This document shows, piece by piece, positions 56,477-64,000 of a stretch of 64,000 bases of DNA. Made by a program: the position numbers and the translations under genes. Below the pieces are notes generated by a model. It worked only from the letters and a program-made list of their open reading frames with translations, was not told where the DNA came from and made no database searches. This DNA comes from Schmidtea polychroa (lineage: Eukaryota): NCBI GenBank assembly GCA_044892525.1, contig CM097885.1:4280001-4344000 (forward strand), read 5' to 3'. The number at the start of each line of letters is the position of its first letter. The first letter of the stretch is position 1.

Positions 56477-58304
56477 AATTGAGTTGCGTTACTTTCAACA
56501 AACTGATCCGTTACGGATCAGCGGTTTTACCATTGATTTATTCACTACACCCAACACAAGCACGGAGCTCGGTTTTTTGATCGAGGCAAATCGGTACTTT
56601 CATGTTGAAATTTTCTTTGAATAAATTTAATCCTTGTGTTGCGTAATTGTCTGTCAGTTAATGTTATATTGATTTCCGTTGCGTAATGCCCCTTACCGTC
56701 ATTGATAACCGCTTATTGATAACATTTGTTATTTATCAATTTGTTTACTTTCCTATGGCTGACCATTCTATTGGGATTGACTCGCGTTATTGCTATTGGT
56801 CAATTTATAGCTGTTCCGCACCCCGTTGCGCCATCCGTCTATCAACGCCACAGCTACTCCCTTATCCATGTGATCCACATTAAATACCCCTATAGTTATT
56901 TAATTATAATATTTTGGACCCTCAAATTATTCAAAAGGGTCTTTATTTCAAAATAACCGATTTGACGTGGGTTATTCTCATATGTCGTATTAGTATACGT
57001 AACGCCACCGCGTCAATGCAACCCATCTAATTTATCCAGATTGAATTTCATTTCAATTATTTATCCTATGTAATTAGGAAATTTGATACCGTTCTTTTGT
57101 ATCATGCCCCCCCCCTCTCCTTCTATGGTCACAGCTTGTTTGATATAAATGATGCAAATGGTATTCTGCTCGAATATCCGGTGAATGTTGTCAACCAAAT
57201 TGATTAGGTGCTACTCTTATCGCATTTGATCAGATTGATAATTTCTATATTAACCTCTATTGCATATACAAGGGCTTACGTAATCCGATTGCGCAATTAC
57301 CATTAATTATTAATTCAGGTGACCTAATAAATCCTGATCAAGTAGTTTAATGCGATATCTAATATAACGCTTGACTGAATATAAAGATCACACAGCTTTT
57401 TAATTTCTTCGTTCTATTGTTAAAGGTTACATCATTGAAGGTTGTACCATACCAGAATTTGCATGGAGCGATATGAAGCATGCCTTGACAGACAGAAAAA
57501 GTTGTACAACACAATGAGGTCAAATCATTTCTATGTGACTTCAGACAAGACCATTCTAAGGGTTTGTGCTACATCGGTAGAGATATTTGGTCTTCCTCCT
57601 TATAAAAATGAAAAGACCCACATCTACCTTATAAATCATTTTATACCTTACATTGAGAAGAATCACACTAAGCAAATCTCATTTTAATTCACTTCCCATA
57701 TAAATGCTCTTCTGACTTCCACTACACTAAAATCTTCCAAATCCATTTTGCTACGTATTTCAAATGGATCTTTTATTCTTTTTGTCACTTTTGATCTATT
57801 TATCTTTATCCCTTCTTGTGCTATTTTCAATCACACATTGTTTCATATTTGACGGAGCACTTGTAACATTCTCACGGGGCAACCGTTGCAAACGGAATGC
57901 TTGATAAGTTGCAATTCAATAGTTCCAACCGTTCATTTATAAGGTCTTATAAGGTCCGTTGGAGCACAAACAAGTAAGCAAATATATTTTTATTAGTAAA
58001 AATAAAATATAAACATAAACAAAAGCGAAACTTCTTTAACCTTTTAAACGCCACAAATTAATTTCATTATCGCATACAGCTGTAGAAATTTATAGCAAAA
58101 ACAAAATCTAAAAACATTTGATGTCACACTTAATACTCGATCTTAGCTACAAAAATGAATACAAAGTCAAACGCGTTAATGTGCTCATTTTGTATGGATT
58201 GCGTTGCGCGCACAGAGATATAGAGCGAGTTAACTCACCTACAGCGTTAGAAGAATAAATTTGTACTGCTAAAAGAAAAATAACTTTTAATGAAGGAAAA
58301 GGTA

Positions 58305-58422
58305 CTTCTGTGTTATCTTACCCTCAAAAATTAAATTAAAAAAGAACACATATAATTATTATATTTATTTTCACAGTTACAAACTCAGCAAATGTTTGTA
58401 AGGAGTTTGTAAATGGTCATCC
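58305..58422. mobile_element. Partial inverted copy of the 43283-43565 element (one TIR plus ~85 bp)
   Basis: TA|CTTCTGTGTTATCTTACCCTCAAAAATTAAATTAAAAAAGAACACA...GTAAATGGTCATCCA matches the rc of 43441-43565. Confidence 0.88.
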
Positions 58423-58462
58423 AGGTGGCCAGAAAACCACAATGTCGTTGAGAATAGTGTCG

Positions 58463-59325
58463 GCACTTTCTAATATATTATTAACAGAGTTACAAAAGCG
58501 AAACATTGACATTACACTTTGTAGAGGACAGGCATATGATGGTGCCTCTGTGATGTCTGGGATTAAAAATGGTCTTCAAAATTAGATGAAGACATTTTCA
58601 CCAAATGCCATCTTTGTTCACTGTTGTTCTCATGCATTGAATTTGGTGACTATTGAAGCAATGTCTCTTAACAGTGATGTTCAGTTGTTTTTTGGTACAA
58701 CAGAAAAGTTGTATACTTTCCTTACATCAAGTTTACCACGACTACATATTCTCGAAGAACATCAGAAGTCTCGATATGAATCGACAGTAGACACTCTAAA
58801 ACGACTTTCTGATACAAGATGGGCAAGCCGAAAGCATGCAGTTGATGCAGTTGTTGGATCATTCTCCGCTATTATATCTACTCTAGAAGATATAAATTTT
58901 GGGGAATCAAAAGAACACAAAGGAAGTGTCAGAGCAGAAGCTATGGGACTATCTATTTTGATAACAAAATATTCTTTTGTTTTTCTGATGCTATTTCTAC
59001 AAAAGCTGTTAGATAATATCTTTGTGTTATCAAACTATTTGCAACGAAAGGACATTGACATTGCGTTTGCAAAACAATTGATTTATGTTGCCAGAAATAA
59101 GTTTGCTGATATGAGAAGGGATAAAGCTTTTGAAAGTCTAAATGTTGCTGTACAAGCATTTATTATCAAAAATTGTTCCTTACTAGATGTTGAAACAGAA
59201 TTTAAAGAAAAGCGAGTTGCAAAAAAGAAACGCATGGCAGGTGAACTTAACAGAGATGAAAGGGTTGATGATCCAACTACACGCTTCAAATGTGAAACGT
59301 ATTTCACTGTCTTGGATACATTTGT
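58463..59325 (+). pseudogene. hAT transposase fragment (Tip100 / ZMYM1-like clade)
   Basis: CRGQAYDGASVMSG...AIFVHCCSHALNLV...LKRLSDTRWASR motifs; in-frame TAG at 58583-58585; N-terminus and C-terminal dimerisation domain absent. Confidence 0.92.
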
Positions 59326-59460
59326 AATACTTATAATGCTTTATAATAATATTAGTATTCACTCAATACTCGCGAAAATAAGTAGTACCATCTTCATAAT
59401 TTGTGGCGCCCCCTGAAAATTTTCCTCGCCCCCATGCACCAAAATCTAAATCCGCCACTG
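59326..59460 (+). mobile_element. Right end of the hAT element carrying the transposase fragment
   Basis: GGCGCCCCC/CGCCCCC subterminal motifs and terminal AAATCCGCCACTG; the last 10 nt (TCCGCCACTG) match the right end of MITE 4545-4929. Confidence 0.8.
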
Positions 59461-59864
59461 ATTAGTAAATTAATTTATTTAAACACAAAATAACAATAAT
59501 CGATGACTATAACGGCTTATAAATAGTGGCGACATATAGTCACCAACCGAGCGCATAAGGTTAAACGATTATTACAATCAGATTTACCCCAATAAAGGAG
59601 CCAGCAATAAAAGCACAGCTAGTCCATATATCATTTTTAATTTCTATTTGCATTTTTAGAATATAGTTATAAATGCTTAATTCACGATTCGATATAGATT
59701 TATCGGCGCATTTTTTGTCCGCACCAACCTTACAATCAAATTTTTTATCTTAACAATTTTATTTTCATAATTTTCATGAGAAAAGAATAATATTTCCATC
59801 GTTCCTTTTTATTATGTACAATCTGAAAGCATTTGATGGGTCATCATTGAAATATTATAAATGA

Positions 59865-60167
59865 GGTTCCGTAAATTGGGTTCCGTAAATTGGGTTCCGT
59901 AAATTGGGTTCCGTAAAACTTTTTAGGGGTTCTACGAAACATTCTATGAGTACATTCAATAAAAACCATATTTTTAAAAATATGGCTTTTGTAAATTTAT
60001 TAGTTTTATTCTAAAGAAGTAAAAATGGACTTTAGGTACATTTCCGTTGGAAACGGATGGCTAAACTTGTTGCACTAAGAAACATAGAGATATTATTAAA
60101 TCAAGGCCCCCTGAGTAATTTTATAGATTATTAGGGTTACAATGGTCTGAAAAGGTTGAAACTTCTC
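59865..60167. mobile_element. Degenerate Charlie-like hAT MITE with 14-bp subterminal tandem repeat (GGGTTCCGTAAATT) x4
   Basis: GGGTTCCG motifs as in MITE 7544; right end AAAGGTTGAAACTTCTC followed by ATCTAGGC; left TIR not seen. Confidence 0.4.
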
Positions 60168-62187
60168 ATCTAGGCCATTATATGTTAAGTAAGATGAATA
60201 AAATGTCAAAGAAGCATATTCAATTAATTAGGAATGAGTATGTATCCAGCATAAAATACTGACTTTTATAACTTTGTTTTGTTTATTTATATTATCATTT
60301 TTACTATTTATTGTATGCAGCCCATACTAAATGCACCCAATAGCGTAGTTTCAATTAGGTCCCTGAGATTGTCAGCAGGCTCAATAAATACGGAGATGGG
60401 GCAAAGTTATGGTTCGCGCAATAGGTAGAAATCTAAGCAATAGAAACGTGAAATTGTGCTTGTCTTATATTATGTCAAATGAAAAAAATGCTGCTGGAGT
60501 CATGGGGCCCCTTTAATCTATTGCATAAACCCACTGCTCATACCTATTTTTAATTTTGAAACATCGCATGATTTTGGTACTCCTGGAACTCCCATACCAA
60601 GTTCATTAATTTTATTAACTAATTAAGTTTAATGCTGTAAATTTGTGCTCTCTTGAAGTTGTCCCTCACAAATTTTTCCAATTTGAATAGCTAAATAATG
60701 TTTCTAAGCAAATAATAGGTCTTGCCATGGACACTGAATAGTATTCAGTCCAGACTCCTTCGAAGCCATATAAATAATTTTCAAAATTTAGAATGTGCAA
60801 AACACAATGAATAAAACTTGAAGTAGGATATTGTTCTTGAATAAGCTTTTATATACTGCTTATTTCCCAGCTTTGACTAACATATTCAATGAATTAACTC
60901 CAAATTAACCCAATGAAGGAGGGTTTCCTCAACCATGTGTTGTGTTCTCTGTTAACCAATTGTTTTGCGATTGGTCATTGCTCAACCAATGAAATATCAG
61001 CAGATTCATTGCTATTGTTACTAGCTCTCATAATGTGCTCTTTTACAATATTTCTATAAATTTTAATAATTTAATCATTATTTATTGTTAAAATTTAAAA
61101 TAAAATTATTATTTCATTTTCGAGATTTTAAAAATTGAATTTTCACAACATCAAAAGCAAGCGCGTGTCAAAGGTTAAACAATATTTTCGTCAAATAAAC
61201 TTTAGTCAACTTTGATGTAATTTTATTTTTGATATCAGTAAAACTCAGAGGTGGATGATTTCTCCGGAGGCCGTCAGTGTAATCAACTCCTACCACCCCC
61301 TCCCCCTCCCCCTCCCCCTCCCCTCCTCTCAACCCATATGTTGATATTCGTACCTACTATTACAGAAATAGTGAGAAAAATATAAACGACACGAATTTAT
61401 CTTTTGACAGATTTATAATCACGTGACACTTGCCTACGGTTGCCTATGAATTACAAGGTACCAGAGAGCAAACAGAATTCCCTACCACCCCCCCCCCTCT
61501 ATCCTCCCATTCGTATAATTCAAAAGCAATTATATTTGGTTTTTTTCAGATTGAAAAATTATTTTTCATGTCTCACCAATTATTGTAATTTGATACAATT
61601 CTTATTATTGATTTTTCACAGTGCAATAATAGATATGTCCACTCACTGTTCTGGCAACCGGCACCCAATGGGAAGGGATAATTGGAATTTATTTATAATC
61701 CCAAACCAAGTATTCCCATTCACTGAGATCGCCATATATTATGGGGCTGATATAACACTGGCATTAGGAAAAGAGGGAAAACAGATAAACCAATTCTCAG
61801 CGTCATGACAATATCTGCCTCAGGGACATTTCTCCCATAATTTGATAATAAAACATTTTCCTAAACCAAAAATATATCGAAAGTACTCATGAACAACAAG
61901 AATTAATTAAATTTGTTTAAGTTTTTAATTCCTATCGCGACGAGAAAGAGAGGCAAAAATATATTCATACTTTTACCCGCATCTATATTTGGATGGGAAG
62001 TATACAAATATAATTTTAATATGGGAATTAAATAAGATATGAGGAGGACAGAAATTCTGTTTCTTATTCTTTGCCAATAGGAATCGAGGGGGAATATTCG
62101 GTTTGTTTATATGAATTCCTCTCGCAGCATTAATGGGGATTCTAATCGATTCCAAACACACACACACACACACACACAAATCCGACT

Positions 62188-62272
62188 GAATACACACATT
62201 ATCATAGAGATACACACAGACGCAATGGAATACACACATTATCATAGAGATACACACAGGCGCAGTGGAATT
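62188..62272. repeat. ~41-bp tandem duplication in a CA-rich tract
   Basis: GAATACACACATTATCATAGAGATACACACAGRCGCARTG twice. Confidence 0.8.
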
Positions 62273-63382
62273 CATACTCGATCACAGAAATACACACAAA
62301 CATAGTGGAATGCACACAGTGTCACACACTATGTACATACGCGGGCTCAATGAAATGCACGCACGCACACACACACGCACTGACACACGAAATGGGGATA
62401 TGCATTGTGGAGAACAATAAGGCATTGAATCCAATGGAGTTATTGATCTCTCCTTCACTGCAGTAGATAAAAGTAATTACATAAATAATTAATTTCTTTT
62501 GTAAAATTAATAAACAAAAAAACGGGCTGCCTCATTTGGAAACTTTGATTACTTTTTTCTGTGGCAAATATTTTTCATAAAAATTAATTTTTCCCTTTCA
62601 CCAGAACTGAAGGCCCTAGGTAAATGTCAAAGTGAAAGGTTGATATAGAGTTCCTGAAATCTTTGGCAATTTGGAAGGTTCACTGGATCTTATAAGGTCT
62701 GTTGAGGTTGATTGATGAGTCTAGGCATATATCTTACTGTAATTCTCACGATTAAAGTAAATTTTATATGAAATATTACGTGACACGCGATGTGACAAAT
62801 CAATGTGATGAAGGACGTTTTATCTGGGTTGGATTATATATGGGAAATAACTTAATTATAATTGAATGACAACGTAGCATGAACTCTCCCTCTATGTCCC
62901 TCCCCTCCCCCGGTGATAAATATTAAAGAGCGTGATTATGTTATATCAGAACTGTGGAAGATTTAGAAATAAAATTAAAATAACTTTTCAATTTATGTTT
63001 GCCTCCTGATATGGGAACATCGACTGCTGGAGCAAATACTTCTATGATCGCTTACAATGTCGTTTTCAATAAAAACCTTATGCAAATTAGTTACGTGACT
63101 CTACATTCTAAACCCGGAGTTGATGGGTTGAATTTTGTATTATTATTATAAAAACTTATCACATCTTTTAATTATTTGCAGATTATTATATTTATGTAAT
63201 ATAAGTAAAGAAGTATTTATTTATATTGAATATGATATTTAATATAATACCTTGCTATGCTGTTGAAGAGTTTTCAGAGAAAATATCTAGAAAAAATGTT
63301 TCTAAATTAATGAATCGCACTTCAAATTTATATCTTTTATATATGAATAAATGTGTAGAGACATACAACTAGTTCGAATAAA

Positions 63383-63734
63383 GATTTTATTCAAAAGAAC
63401 ATTGAAATAAATAATTGATATATCTGCTCCAATAGTCAATGTACCAACGAAACCACGGACACTTGATCTGGCGATTGTAGGGAGATTGTTGAAGATCTTG
63501 ACCATCATCAGAAAGATCATAGGTAATAAAACGAAGGCTTCAGCTTCTTGAATGTCTGGCATATTTGCATTATTGTTTCTGACGAGATTTAATGATTGGG
63601 AAGTTGAATGTTTAACTGTTTTTTTTAAATTGAATTTGATTTTATTTGGAATAAAAATGAGGATTATTTAAACAATGATTTTAATTTGATTTTAATTTAT
63701 TTAATTTAAAAATATATTTTAAGATCAATTATTA
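63383..63734 (-). repeat. Dispersed small-ORF element, copy 2
   Basis: Reverse complement aligns with 4148-4485; ORF MPDIQEAEAFVLLPMIFLMMVKIF.. Confidence 0.85.
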
Positions 63735-64000
63735 AATTGATAAAAGTGGGAGTCAAAGGCACTCCAAAATGTAATATTATTTTCGAAATTAAACTATTAT
63801 TTTAACTATATAACCGCAGGAAACAAATTAACCTTTTGTTATTATAAAAAATTATCAAAGGAGCCCATAAAATTTTTAGCCTTGAATCCCCTCAAGAGAA
63901 AATCTGGCTCTGCGAACACAGATTTCTATGTGGAAATGAAAACTATTCCAACATGTTTAATTTACTATCTAAAGATTTCAGCAAGGAAAGAATATAACCT

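Noticed and set aside
58037..59564. piggyBac-like TTAACCTT ends around the hAT fragment
   Set aside because: Left (CCTTTTAAACGCC) and candidate right (GCGCATAAGG) ends are not complementary beyond a few bases.

Overview
AT-rich eukaryotic (invertebrate metazoan) genomic DNA, not prokaryotic. The ~50-nt introns, (AAT)n abundance and fast-evolving host protein are compatible with a planarian-like genome, but that assignment is a guess. One host gene is supported: a 4-exon, 801-aa ZNF608/ZNF609 (Drosophila brakeless/scribbler)-family gene at 53539-56245 (+). Its two small internal exons, which encode the family's conserved domain, are missed by the ORF track. The ~53 kb upstream has no recognisable host gene. 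It holds many (AAT)n microsatellites and minisatellites, at least a dozen non-autonomous DNA transposons (hAT, Tc1/mariner, piggyBac-type, several with intact TIRs and TSDs), a decayed Polinton/Maverick integrase + penton fragment, and two Penelope-like retroelement remnants (GIY-YIG endonuclease), each with a minimal hammerhead ribozyme. Downstream lies a hAT (Tip100/ZMYM1-like) transposase pseudogene. Best leads: the two hammerheads with mutually complementary helix-III segments, the Polinton remnant, a dispersed small-ORF element whose substitution pattern switches reading frame, and an 82-bp-arm hairpin element associated with (AAT)n tracts. All family assignments come from motif recognition by eye; no database search was run.
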